A stretch of 64,000 nucleotides of DNA, taken from Zygnema circumcarinatum SAG 698-1b. Lineage: Eukaryota; Plantae; Zygnematophyceae. Shown here piece by piece: positions 1-12,094 of the stretch (its first letter is position 1; every line of letters begins with the position of its first letter). Under the pieces are notes generated by a model. It did no database searches, was not told the DNA's origin, and saw nothing but the letters and a program-made list of their open reading frames with translations. The stretch spans positions 2,966,689 through 3,030,688 of the forward strand of contig CM074809.1 in assembly GCA_037447605.1 (NCBI GenBank), read 5' to 3'. Made by a program: the position numbers and the translations under genes.

Positions 1-72
1 TATGCCGTTTCGCTTTTTGCCGATTCTTTATGCAGCCGGACAATGTGACTATGGTCTAAGGTTATGAACACT

Positions 73-1509
73 TCAACCACGCTGGTCTCCTATATGCAGA
101 CCTCCACATCTAGACTCATCGGGTCTTTCTGCTTCATGAAGTGAAGGTGACAGGCTGTCCTGGTTTCTGGGGCCGTCATATGCTGAAGCTTGGCGAAACT
201 CAGCTGTGAAAGTCCTATTCACTAATTGAATTAGAAAAAGATCTCCCTTTCTACCCCTAATATGCTGCTTGGTAATTCGATATATGCTCATCTGCAATGA
301 GCAGAGATCTTGCTCTATTCTATGTGGACGGACAATAGAATGGGTTGAGATGTACCATTTATATAGCATTGCTCGTGAGCACTTGTTGAGCGCATTTCGT
401 GGGTCCTGTCGGTGATGATGATCAGGGGTAGTGTAGTTGAAGTGTAGCAACCGGGCGATAGTTGCCTGAATGAGCATGGAAATAAAGCACAGTCAGGTCA
501 CAAATGCATCAAATTCACGAATGAGTGTCAAAATTTAACGATGCAACTGTAAAAAGTATGTCATGCAGAAGTTGCTCACAACACTCAAAGTAAGCCACAT
601 GAGCTTAAGAGCTTCCAAAAGTTTTTCTGATGCAGAGACACTGGGCTATGGAACTCACCGCCTCTCGCATCCTTTTGCACACAAAGAAGGAAACCCGCAA
701 CTCACTGTGTGTGAGACAACAAACAATGCGAATCTGCAACCAGCAAACGTACCCAGCAAACGACTCAGTGCTTGTCTCGCCTTCCTGTCGTGTTTTGTGA
801 AAGTAGAATTTTGGCCTTGCCAAAGCTGCTTCTCATCCTTTTTGCAAGTTGACAATGGACGCGGAGATCAGCCTAAGTCATTCAATCCAGAAAGCTGTGC
901 CAGTGCAAAGCCTTTGCAAAAATCATACTATTCTGGACAGAAAACTGAGTAGGACTCCGGGGCTGGGCTCTGGGCTCCACAAACTGGCTAGGCTGGACAT
1001 ACCAGCATCTCAAGGGGCAGACTATCAAAATTGGTTTCCGGCTCCAAGGCTGAAGCATTTATGTCTTCTTCACGAGTTTCCTCTCTTGTCATGGTAGCTT
1101 CTGGCTCAGTTTCTCTAGTGACACGCAAGGCCTGATTCTCGTCCTCGGATGGTTGTGGAATCCTAGGTGCAAAATACTTCTTCCTCTGTCCATTTATCGG
1201 TGTACAGAATGGTGGTAGAGAGAGAGATCTTTCTGATTGTGCTATCCTCGAAGTCTGAGCGGAGTCCCTTCCAAGCATTCCGGCCGTTTCCTCACATCTC
1301 GGACGCTTTCTCCCTCTGCCATTTCCAGCCCTTACATTCCTTGCTGCATCTCTTAACTGAGCAAGAGTTCCAGGACGCAAGTACTTCGAAACCCTTGAGC
1401 TATTGTTCTGTGTTCCAAGTGAACTATGAGAAGACTGCAGTCCTGCAACCTTGCTGGATCCGCTATTGATCCGGCAATAAAGCTTAGAAGTTTCCCCTTC
1501 CAAGGCCAT
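73..1509 (-). CDS. F-box protein, FBS/At4g35930-like (4 exons)
   Basis: Exons ~1509-1003, 733-659, 465-356 and ~214-73 with GT-AG junctions. N-terminal KYLRPGTLAQLR motif, spliced F-box FDSLPLEML|IRIVCCLTHSELR, followed by HFNYTTPD, as recalled for plant FBS4-type proteins. The last exon is less certain. Confidence 0.75.
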
Positions 1510-2243
1510 AGTTGTTACTCCCTGCTTAAGGCCTATGGTGGATTCGAATGCACTGTCGTTCTCTGGCCCAGTTAGGTCTACGTCTGAGTCCACACAGGAA
1601 CGGCAGGTTCCTATTGACTGCTTGGGCCCCCTTCAGAGACCGTGTCTCCCTGTCGTGGACAATGACCCAAGGGTTGAAGGGCTTGCAAGCTCTGCGTCGT
1701 CAAAGAACCCAACTATAAGTTTACATACAAAGACAGGAACAGAACTGAGTGGGGGGAATTAGATTTCCCAAAAGAATGCCAAATCAGCAGCACGCTCCAC
1801 ACGCAAAAAAGCAGGAGAACCGCAAATTAGCATGACATCAAAGTCTAAAATTTTTAGAAATAGTCGCCCTAGCACGTGCGTCTGTTGGGCAAGCCAACAC
1901 ATCTGACGGAGAAAATAAATTACAACTACGAGAAAGCTCCCCTGAGCAGAAGTTCCTCAGAAGCCATATCCAAGCAAGGCTGTACCTCAAGGTCCTCAAG
2001 ATCCCCTCCTTTAATCTGCAGAGAGCGCGTGCTTGCACAGCGGCAACGGCGGATCTGAGCGCGAGAGCGCGAGCAGGAGGGAGCGGCGCCGGCCAGGGAG
2101 GGAGGGAGGGCGGGAGGGAGGGGGGTAGAGAGTGAGTGGGAGAGGGAGAGGGAGGGAGGGAAGGAGAGAGTGAGGTCGGCCGCCATTTCAAATCCGAACT
2201 TGAACCACACGAAGCCTCCGTTCGCGCCTCTTCCTGCCTCGTC

Positions 2244-2320
2244 CGTACATTTCTCGTACAATTTTCGAGCATTCGTACACTTTTCGGACGTCCGTACCGC
2301 GAGAAAAAGCGGCAAAGTAC
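2244..2320. promoter_or_regulatory. Cluster of (C)GTAC motifs in the F-box/TAF9 divergent promoter
   Basis: Five GTAC cores in ~80 bp. GTAC/CCGTAC is the SBP-box (SPL/CRR1) core. Function is inferred only. Confidence 0.35.
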
Positions 2321-2710
2321 AGTCAGTCCATTTTTTGAACATTTTTTAGAAACGCACGTTCTCGCTCTGCGGGGCGGTCGGAGAATTTTCTAAAATAAGC
2401 CCATATGCGGAGTGCTTTGAAAAAAAAGATCAGAAAAAATTGGGATCGCATTGAAGATTTTTCTATTAAGGTCCCAAGTAACGAACTAAAACTTTTCGAG
2501 TCGGTTTTCAGCCAGAATCCAGCGCTGTTCAGTTTTTCCGACGAGCAATTTTTTTCCTGAGCGGCTGATGTCAGGAAACGGTCACAAATTGCGCTGATTT
2601 TCTCCGATTTGGGCAGATACCGTGAGTTTCAAAAAATAACAAAAAGATGAAAGTCCGACGAGTTCAAAATCTTGAATCCAAGCTTCTTGGAAAAAATCGG
2701 TTCGGTTGTT

Positions 2711-2829
2711 CAGGGTTTAGGTTTGAGGGTTTAGGACTCAGGGTTTAGGGTTAGCGTTCAGGGTTTTAGGGTTTAGGTTATAGGGTTAGGATGTAGGGTT
2801 TAGAGTCTAGCGTTTACAGTTTAGGGTTT
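2711..2829 (+). repeat. Degenerate interstitial telomere-like (TTTAGGG/TTAGGG) array
   Basis: Run of degenerate units such as gggtttaggg, ttttagggtttagg and tagggttagg over ~120 bp. Confidence 0.8.
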
Positions 2830-3191
2830 CACAAAACGAAACAATTTAACAGAGTGGAATTTGCAGTCGGGACTTTGACGAGAGTCCCTTGACAAAGTCG
2901 CGTTTCAGAAAGTCACATCTGGCAAAGTCACGCTCGACAAAGTCAGCTACGGCTGCAGTAGTGCGTATGGGGGAGCAGCCGAGGCCTGCGAGGATGAATG
3001 CCGCGGCGTCTGGCATCCATTAGGGCAGCGCAAAGGCCGTCATGGAGGGCATCTGCCTCTTCGGGGAAGGAAGAAAGTTCAATTTGATAATCAAATTGAA
3101 TTCGGCTGGAGAGGCTGTGCATTGGGATTGAAGTGTGTTGCGGCTGCTCGTAATCGGGGAGTAGGATATTGCGACTGTGAGTCGTAGCCAC

Positions 3192-4840
3192 ATGGATAAT
3201 GGTGCTCCAGGCGGTCATGGCAATGGTCTCTTTCGCGACGCAAAGGTGGTCATGGCGATGCTGCAGGCAATGGGGGTGCAGGATTACGAGCCGCGGGTGC
3301 TCAACCAGGTGAATTTTTTGGGGCACAGGAGCTGAGGGAGTTAATCAGAAAATTGATTATTCGGTCAATCGGAAAAGTCATCTGGCGCTAGGTGCTGTCC
3401 TTCCGACGACAATCTTCTGTATTTTTTGGATGGCTGAATCAAGCAGGCCACCATTCTTTACTTCAAATTTCTAGGTCTCAAGGGCTGCTGCTTTGTTCCT
3501 AGCAAGGCATGGCTACGTTGACATTAAGACACGTGTGAATCATGTCCTCACACATGAAAACGAGTCCATGCCAGACACTTGTCATCATAGAACCTCCCTG
3601 AGCTCCTTCCTTTGGTCCACAGCTTCGCTCAGTTACCGCTTTACGACTTTAGGTCTTCAGGTTATGCTCATTGCAACTCATGTCCGCTTGCAGTTTTTGG
3701 AGCTGATGTTCCGATACATCACTGACGTCCTCGGAGATGCCCGCGTTTATTCAGAACATGCTGGAAAGTCGACCATTGACCCGGATGACGTACAGCTTGC
3801 GATTCAGTCAAGAGTTAACTTCTCCTTTACTCAGCCACCACCTCGTGAGGTGTTAACACGTGCCCAACTGATGTGCTCGCGCTGCCGGTGACGAAGATGG
3901 CTAGCTGGATGTTGAAAGGAGGGAATATAGTTTCGGAAGCTCTGAACACTTTTTATGTGAGGCTCTCGATTTCTGCTTGCTCGAATGGAAGGTCTACTAT
4001 TGGCTGGACCTATACCAGTACTTTTAATGGGTAGGACTACTATCAGCTATTTGATGTAGGGAGGGAATGGATCCTGGAGGTAAAGCATATGGCTTCTAGC
4101 TTTGAGAGTGACAAGGCTATTCTCATTGAACGATGCAGGTTCTTATGGAGCTTGCCCGAGTGCGGAATAGTTTGCCCCTCCCACCATTAAACCTGAAACC
4201 AGGCATCTCGTTGCCTCCTGATTCAGAAACTCTCATTAATCCCAATTGGCAGGTGGTCCTCCCGTCCTTAGCGAAGCGAGGTGCGTCCTCTACTCTGAGT
4301 AACCTTACGTTTTGGTAACGAGGGCTGAGGGCGGTGGACGTGAGAGTGTATGTGGTTGTAGCGTTTAGTGCATAAGTAGATCACTGTACCTCTAAGATAG
4401 CACTGTGTAAGATCAAGCATTAACAGAGAAAGGCTTTTCGATCACATTATGTAGATGCTGGTTCTATTATGGACTAGTACGGGGCTTTTTTCATCAAACT
4501 CAACGATGCGTGGAAGCAGCGGTTGGTCTTGCAGTTGGTTAGGCCTCGTCAATATGATGAGATGCCGTGAGGGTGAGTGGGAGTTGCTGGCGAAACGTTA
4601 CATTTGCTGCTTGGTCCTTACGCAGATTTTGTAGAAGAGGTGGAGACAGACGAGAAGGCCCATGAAGTGCAGGGAATGAAGAGATCGGGGCCGCATGAGG
4701 GGCACGATCAAGGTGATGTCCCATTGGAGGGGGATGATGTAGGCGGGCGGAATCAAAGTGAAGTTGAAAATCGAGGAGCAGTTGGTGATGATGGGCGGAG
4801 AGTTTCTTTTACAGTCGCTGCTAAGAGGCCTAAACCGTAG
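3192..4840 (+). CDS. TAF9: Transcription initiation factor TFIID subunit 9 (4 exons)
   Basis: Exons 3192-3308, 3694-3849, 4139-4280, 4626-4840. Histone-fold motifs [19 protein letters not shown]|[40 protein letters not shown]|[29 protein letters not shown]. Confidence 0.95.
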
Positions 4841-6287
4841 CTGTAATGTCTTTCTCGCGTTTTGGGCCAGCCATCGGTGTCATCAGCTTTCAGTGTTTCA
4901 CCCTGAGGATAACAGGTTTTCATTTGCTTTTATCGGCACGCTGGTGAAAGGCAAGTTGATGAAGGAATTCATATTCATGTCCAGAGGCTGCTTACACTCT
5001 TTAGGTATTAGTTTTTAACCAATTTGTACATTGTATTGCCTTGAAAAGGTGTATAAAGTACGCCAGTTTCTGTGTCACCTGCTTTCGTTGCTACGTGTGT
5101 CGTGTCAAATGCCAGTGACCAAAGGTAGATATCTATGTCCTCCAACTCTGGCGCAAGCTTTCAGCATTTCAGCATAGTCATGTCTTAGCTTTCAAAAGCA
5201 ACCTTTGATGTATGACTCTCTCCAAGAAATCTGAAAGTTGTAATTCCTCTCTCAGTGGCCTTAGCTCTGCGGAGAACCAAACTTCAAGCCACATCGCCAT
5301 GCGCAATATCGGCAAGAGAACTCCAAACAATAGGGGGTGTCAGAATTAAGGAAATCTCACGAACAAGTACTCCGCCGCAACAAAATCGCGATCTCACCGG
5401 AGTACTCGTTCTGGTCTCAAACTTAGGAACAACTTCTAAGTCTGCCACCCCTAATGACAAACTTCATTTTTTTTTGTTTTTGCAAACTTCATGCTGCACA
5501 ATACATATACAAGGGAGCTCGTACGAGAATGTGACGACACTGCTCAAAATCATGAGTCCTTGTGGATGTCAAAGGACGAAGCATCTGCCTGCTCCTCAGC
5601 TCCAACTTTTTCCTGAGCACTCTTCCCATTCGTAGAACTGCAGCAATCATTTGTAGAGTTGTAAGAGCTTTTGAAAGTCCAAATAAGACCTTCACTACTT
5701 ACAACGGCAAATGAACTCCATCTTTCAGTGTCTACCTTCCAATTCACACAATGCCCCGCCATCCCATGTTGGCTAATGATGTACCAATCGCTAGTGCTAC
5801 CGAACTCGCCAATGATGCCATGTCTCGCCATCGCCAATAGCCATGCCCCTCCAAGCCCATGAGCAGGCCTCCTTGAGCTGATACAGCTAACTGACAGCTC
5901 TGAACTGCGTCCAGTAACAGAGGACTACCACACTCAACAACTACACGAGGGTGATGTTACCATAAACACATATACACATCAGCGTGCAAAAGAGAGGGGG
6001 GGGTGTGGCAATCATTGACCTCAGGATGGCGATAATGCCATCAAATGTACATGGACAAAATTAGCATGGGGAACCACGAGGAACTGGTCGCAAAAGATTT
6101 GAGGTTGCCAATTCATTCGATAATTCGTGCCATAAACACTCGAAAGTTGCAGTGGGGCAAATGCGAGTTTGAGTTCGCGCCAAGGCGCGCTCTTGAGAGT
6201 TCAGACGCTGTTGCTTCATACACAGTTCATAATTCATAATTTCACATCGAGGAAGGAGGGTCGAGTGCTGCAAGGACGAGCTCCGCC

Positions 6288-9200
6288 ATGGACGAAGAGC
6301 TGCGCCTCTTGCAGGCGCAGTTCTTCGCTGCACAAGAAGCTAAGTCGTCAATTCGGCTCTCAGAGAGGAATGTGGTGGAGCTTGTTAACAAGCTGCTGGA
6401 GAGAGGGCTGTTGGACGACGAGCTCCTGCACACGGTGAATGGGAAGGAGTATCTGACGCAGGTTTAGCTTTCTCTCCACCTCCCTCCCTCGTCAAGCTCT
6501 CTTCACGCTGGCACCTGTTGGCGTGTGTCGTAGAGGGGAATGTCATGGATGTAAACAATATTTGGGCTGCAGCTGGCACTAAGCTTGTAGGTAGTGACCC
6601 CAAAGTATGTGGTGGAGGAAACTCTCTGTTAAGTCAACTGCATTTGAATTTAGAGAGCAGAAGAGTGACAGGCCTTTTGGCACAGTTATCTGGACGTGAC
6701 GGTAGTGTATCGAAGCCGTTATGTTAGCAAGTTAAAGGCGAACACTGTCAGTAGGACGAAGCGTGAATCAACCACCCAATACTGAGCGTAATCGCAACAA
6801 ACTCACGGAACGACTCCCGGTTTCAGTCAAAAAAAAAAAAACTCAGAATGCCATTGGTTTTGTTAAAAAGTTATCAGTTTCAATTATTGCTTTTTCTTTT
6901 TATTTGCACTTGACCGTCGTTTTTTTTTTTTCTCATAACCGAAGTAGCTGGATTAGCTAGAGAATCGTTCGCCAACTGTTAATATTGGTATGGTAACAGG
7001 TTTTGACATTGTTGGAGGAAGTTTTAGATTTATATCTCGTGGTCGTGACCGTGAAAGCCTTTGCATTGGAGACTAGAGCAATAAATAATTAACTTTCTGG
7101 TATCTTCTCTGGTTGATTGGAGCCTACGAATCATTAGATTCAGCTATGCGCAGTCGAATATTTCCGAAGATTTTTGTTGGTTTGCGAGATTGCAAAGTTT
7201 CCTCATCCTTATTTATCTTGATTTGCAGGAAAAACTTCGTCGTGAAATGGTCGAAGAAATTCAAAAGCAGAAGCGGATATCACTGGTTGATCTTGCTTCT
7301 TTGCTAGAGGTGGACCTTTTCTACGTTGAACGGGAAGCGCAGCGAATCACAACTGCAGACCCAACGACCAGTCTTGTTCAAGGTGAAATTCTAACAACAG
7401 GATACTGGGATCGCCTAGGCGAAGAAGTGGAGGAGACCCTTCAAGGAGGTGGTCAGGTCTCTCTTGGAGAGCTTGCGCGAAGGTTCAATGTGGGGTCCGA
7501 TGTGCTGATGACTGCCATCAGCGAGCGAATGGGCTCAATTGTGAGTGCAGTTGCAAGATATCTGCGTACCCGCCTTATCGTTTTCCCTGTCCTATCAGTT
7601 TTCATTTGTATGCCTCGCTTCAGGGAAAGCCTTAGAGGTTGACCCGGTCATGAATTTGAAATGGTGAGTATTCTTTAAGAAGCTTTTGCTTTTCGATTTT
7701 TCGATGGGATTCTTCGGCATCCACAACATCGTCCATGACCGTGCAGAACTGACCACTTCAAATTTCCAGCATGACTAGTGTGCCACGTCATTGCTTAATT
7801 GTTCAAGAACCTTAGTGGCAGGTTAATTTTTTCATGCACTGTGCTTAAATCTCTTAAAGAAACAAAAAATATTGTCAATGTAAGTACTTGACAGCACTGA
7901 AGAACTGCGGGCTGAAAGGTACTTGATTGTGTTGGGTTGGAAAGTTTGACACACTCCTTGGTTGGTAACATCAGACATACCTACTTTTGTCAAAACATTG
8001 TCAGGTATTATTACTATCAGTAACTGACCTTCCCATGTTTTAGAACGTAGTACCAATAGTCCATTGGACGATCGGCATAATGCAGTTTCCGGAATTTCAA
8101 AATTTGTTCCAAGAGCACAGAATACGATGCAGAGCATTCCTTTCTCTCTCGTCCCGCGGACGTATCGTTAGACAGTGATTCATTCACCCAGCTTTCATAC
8201 ATGCAACCAGTTCCTCAAACCCTATGCACGACGAACCTGTGCAGATTCATGGCAAACTGGAAGGGGGCCAGCTTTACACCCCGGCCTATGTGGCCCGAAT
8301 AAAGGCTATCGTGAGAGGGGCTTTGAGGGCCGTCACTTCGACAACAACAACTGCCTCCCTCCTTGCCACTGTTGGGCAGCTTCAGGGGGAGGGTTTGGTC
8401 AGCCCAGGGGTAGAGGGCGGCCTTTTTTCTTCAGTTCTCGGTGAATGTGTGGCGGAGGGAGCAGCTTTGGGAAGCATGCGGGGGGGAGGCTCGTCATGGA
8501 CGCCGGCTGTGTTTGCTCGATCGCAGAGGGAGAGTGTCGAAGCTTTTTATTCTCAGGTGGATTGAGGTCCCAACTTTCAACCGAGAGAAAGAAACGCTTT
8601 TCTGTTGCACAATTTCATGATCAGCCTGGCCGTGCTGACATGTGTGTGATCACTATGCTTTAACGTGGAAGCATTACTTGCATGAATTGGGAATCGGATG
8701 AATCCAAATATGTAACAGCTAGTTTTGTTACCCGGCGTCCCTTCTAGTTTCTGGCCGGACAATTACTGATCAAACGGTTTCTTTCCACTTGGTTTGCGAT
8801 TAGAGTCACCGAGTCAATCAGAAACTATAAGTTGAATACGTTGTTCGCTGTGTTATGTTCCTTTGCTAACTTATTTGCGTCTTTTGTATCTCCTGCAGAA
8901 TGGATATGTGCTCTATGAGACGTTGAAGAAGTTAGGTGTTGCGTCACCCAAGCAATATCTTCAACAAAAGTATCCGAAAGGCCTCTTACTTGAAACAGCC
9001 TTCGTGCACCCATCTTTAGTAGATCAAGTCGAAGCAGTCAGTGAGGACGCAGTTGCAAGTGGCGGCTGGTGAGGTCATTTTCCTGCCTCTTTTGTTTCCT
9101 GCCTCGTGTTGTGCTTTCTCAGTTGATCTATAGGTCTCTTATGCTTCGCATTTGGCTGACTGGGAGGACCAAAATCGTTTCCTCAAGTGGTGGAGACAAA

Positions 9201-11809
9201 AGGACGAACTCTCGAGTTCTCTGAGAGTATTTTGATCCGTGCAGAGAAGGGCTGATCTCGTCGTTCTGTAATGACTCAGGTGTGATGCGATGTCACATGT
9301 ACCTCCTTCTTTCACGGTGTCCGATACGGTTTCCCTTATTGGTCACTGTCGAGCAATTCACCGTATTCAGAGAGAGGGCGCTGCCTTTATTATGGCTGAG
9401 ACCTGCGTTGTCAGTCAGTCGCTTCTTCAGGTTTGTCCTTCCACAGCTGCTTCTGTTCCTTGCTCTTGTTTTCTCTTCTTGGGACTTTTCTGCATCATGC
9501 TAATGAGGTCGCTTTAAAGAGCCAATGAAATCTTAGCGAAGGGGCATTCATTCATTCATTCCATCACTTCCTTCCCTTGTTCCCTTTGCAGTCTCTCTCG
9601 GAACGCTTCAACGAATTAGTACGTGCAGCCGCAGCGCAGGCTGTGGCAGCAAAAAGAACAGTTCCAACAGCATCTAAAATCATCACTGTGAAAGAAGATG
9701 AAGATGGGGGCCTTAGTGGAGATGACGAGGCAGGTCCTCCTGTTAAGGGACCCGCCAGTTCCAAGGGCAAAGGAGGAAGAAGAGGGGGAACAGGGGGCGG
9801 CCCTTCAAAACCTATTGCAAGTCCTGATGAAGAGGAGTTCCAAGAGAAAGCAGGAGGACGAAATGTAAAGAGCAAAAAGAAATCAGGGAAAGGGACTAAA
9901 GGGAGTGTGTCAGCAAGTGTACCAATTGCGAATTCCAAGGGGGGTGGTAAGGGTGTAGCAGGAAAAGGGGGAGGGGAGGAGGATGCGGTGATGAGTGAAG
10001 GAGACATGGCTGCTCGAATTGTTGAGTGGTATCCGGAGATGGAGGGGGTCGGTGCAGGTAATGTATTCGAGATGCTGGTCTCCCTTATTCCTCACTAGGT
10101 TGTGTTTCAGATGCATGTAGACGTCCCTTGCCATTTTGCTGTACTTTCATTCCAGTTTTTAAGGTATGCATGTTGACTTCCTTCTGGGTTCAGTGTCTGT
10201 GGTGCAGATGGTTCGGATGATGGGGATGGAGAAGGAGCCATGGTTAGAGCTCTTGCCGCACACATGCGGCCATCACTAGTGGACGCATTTGTAGCAGCGA
10301 GGCAGGCTGCCTTCACTGCAGGGGCTGAGGATAGGAAGAAGCGGCGAGATGTGCTTCAAACGAAGTTGGATGAGCTTTGGATGCAAATGCAGCTTTTCAC
10401 GAGGGGCCTAGAGGTTTTCCAAGCAGATGCCGCAACATTGGTAAGAGCGCACCAGATACACTTTTTTGTCGCGGCTGAACCGTAATTGACTTGATTGTTT
10501 GATTACTGGGGATTATGACAACGATGCAAAACTCTCGATGCTCAGCTGACGCTTCTGCCGTTCAAGCGTGCTTGTTTTGTTGCTATCCCTCAGCTCCAAC
10601 TTTTTGTCTTGATCCGTTTGCAGGCTATCCTGCAGCGTCATCTCCTGCGCACCCTTGCAGCTGAAGCAGCCGATCTCCTCCTTCAGTCTCAAGCCTTGGA
10701 GCAGCGACTGGCGGAAGCTGGCGACCTCATGACATTGCCGCCGGAGAGGGGAGTGCAGCGGGAGACGGTGCTTGCAGCAGCAGAACGACTGGCATTGGCT
10801 AAAACCCTGCCGGGGGCTATGGGGCGATCAGCCCTACTGCTTGCAGAAGCAGTGGAGGGGAAAAGCGTGGAGAAGTTTGAGGAGGCCCTGGACAAGTGTG
10901 CGGGAGAGAGTGGTGTTCGATTGCGGAAATTAGAAAAGAAGGCAGAGAGGGCACTTCTCTTTGCACACCGCAAGGTGAGCGAACCGCAGTCTTGATGTTG
11001 GTGCATCCTGTTGAACAATTCGGAGCTCAAATTGAGAGGATCAGGGGATGGAAAGCAGAGGAAGGATTGGAAAGTCCTTAGAAAGTGTAACGAGAGATTT
11101 GACATATTTTAAGGTAGTTTTACAGCTGGGGGGGGGTCATCGTCCCAGTCGCTGACCAATAGTGAGAGTTAATTGCAGACTGTGGCAGCGCAAATGGAGG
11201 CTGCGGAAGATCCAGTTTCTGCTTTGCCCCTCGTTGTTGCCCTTCTATTCATTCAGGTAATGTTTTTGGAGTTCGGACAGGGAGACTGACTCTTCAAGAA
11301 TTGGTCCCCAGGAAAGGGACGCATGCACGTGTTCAATTCGATGTTAGCTCATGGCTTGAAGCACCTCTGATCATTCTGTACCTGACTTTTTCCCGTCCGA
11401 GAGTATTGGCCAGGTCGCTGTTCCATTGGGATATCCTACAGAGGACCATTTTGTTGGCAGGCATAGTCCATTTCAGAGAGGTTTTTTGCAGGCTTCTTGT
11501 AATAGCCCAGTTTTCAGGTGCATGTTGGAACCCCAACTGTGGAGGAATTTATGATGATGTGTGCAGGTCCACCACTGCGCAGTTCACGCTCCAGGGAGGG
11601 CCATTGCCGCCCTGCTTGCAAGTTTGAAGGAGGGGCTGCCCTCAGAAACCTTCCGAGTGCTTTCTGAGTACCATGCTGCAACCGTGGAGCACATTTCACG
11701 CAGACACATTGGAGACAGCGGAGAAGAGTCAGCAAGAACAAACTTGGAAGCTTGCTTGGCAGCGGTGAAGGCGTGTGCTGTGCAAAAACAGAATGCAGAA
11801 GGCGACTGA
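6288..11809 (+). CDS. UFL1: E3 UFM1-protein ligase 1 (10 exons)
   Basis: Diagnostic N-terminus MDEELRLLQAQFFAAQEAKSSIRLSERNVVELVNKL..LLHTVNGKEYLT, plus GGQLYTPAYVARIKA. Exons 6288-6461, 7229-7540, 8245-8556, 8899-9068, 9281-9430, 9592-10057, 10208-10440, 10624-10974, 11179-11256, 11567-11809, with consistent phases. Confidence 0.93.
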
Positions 11810-12094
11810 ATGTGAAGTTGCACACGGGCCATGTTTCTGTGTTTTGGATGGGATGTGGAGTTGAGTGAGCTTGTCTTCATGCAAGTTCTAAAACCTTTGC
11901 ATCAGCTTGATGTGATGTTACATTTGGCAACTCGTGGTTGTTGAAGGCTACAATAATTGACATGCGTATCAGTTGTACTTTACCCTCTAACCAGGTATTC
12001 TAAGGGGTAAACCTCAAAAGCTGTTCAAGATGCTCTGCCTGGCTGAGACACTTTGCATCGTAACCAACGAACCTAATAATCCTCGACATGCATG

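Noticed and set aside
1510-1760. In-frame TGA (1633-1635, minus strand) upstream of the F-box ORF as a possible selenocysteine codon
   Set aside because: No upstream ATG in the segment, no redox motif and no SECIS recognised. Better explained as 5' UTR.
5255-6050. Short ORFs and a GATGGC-N6-GCCATC hairpin between TAF9 and UFL1
   Set aside because: No homology recognised, and a 6-bp stem is expected by chance.
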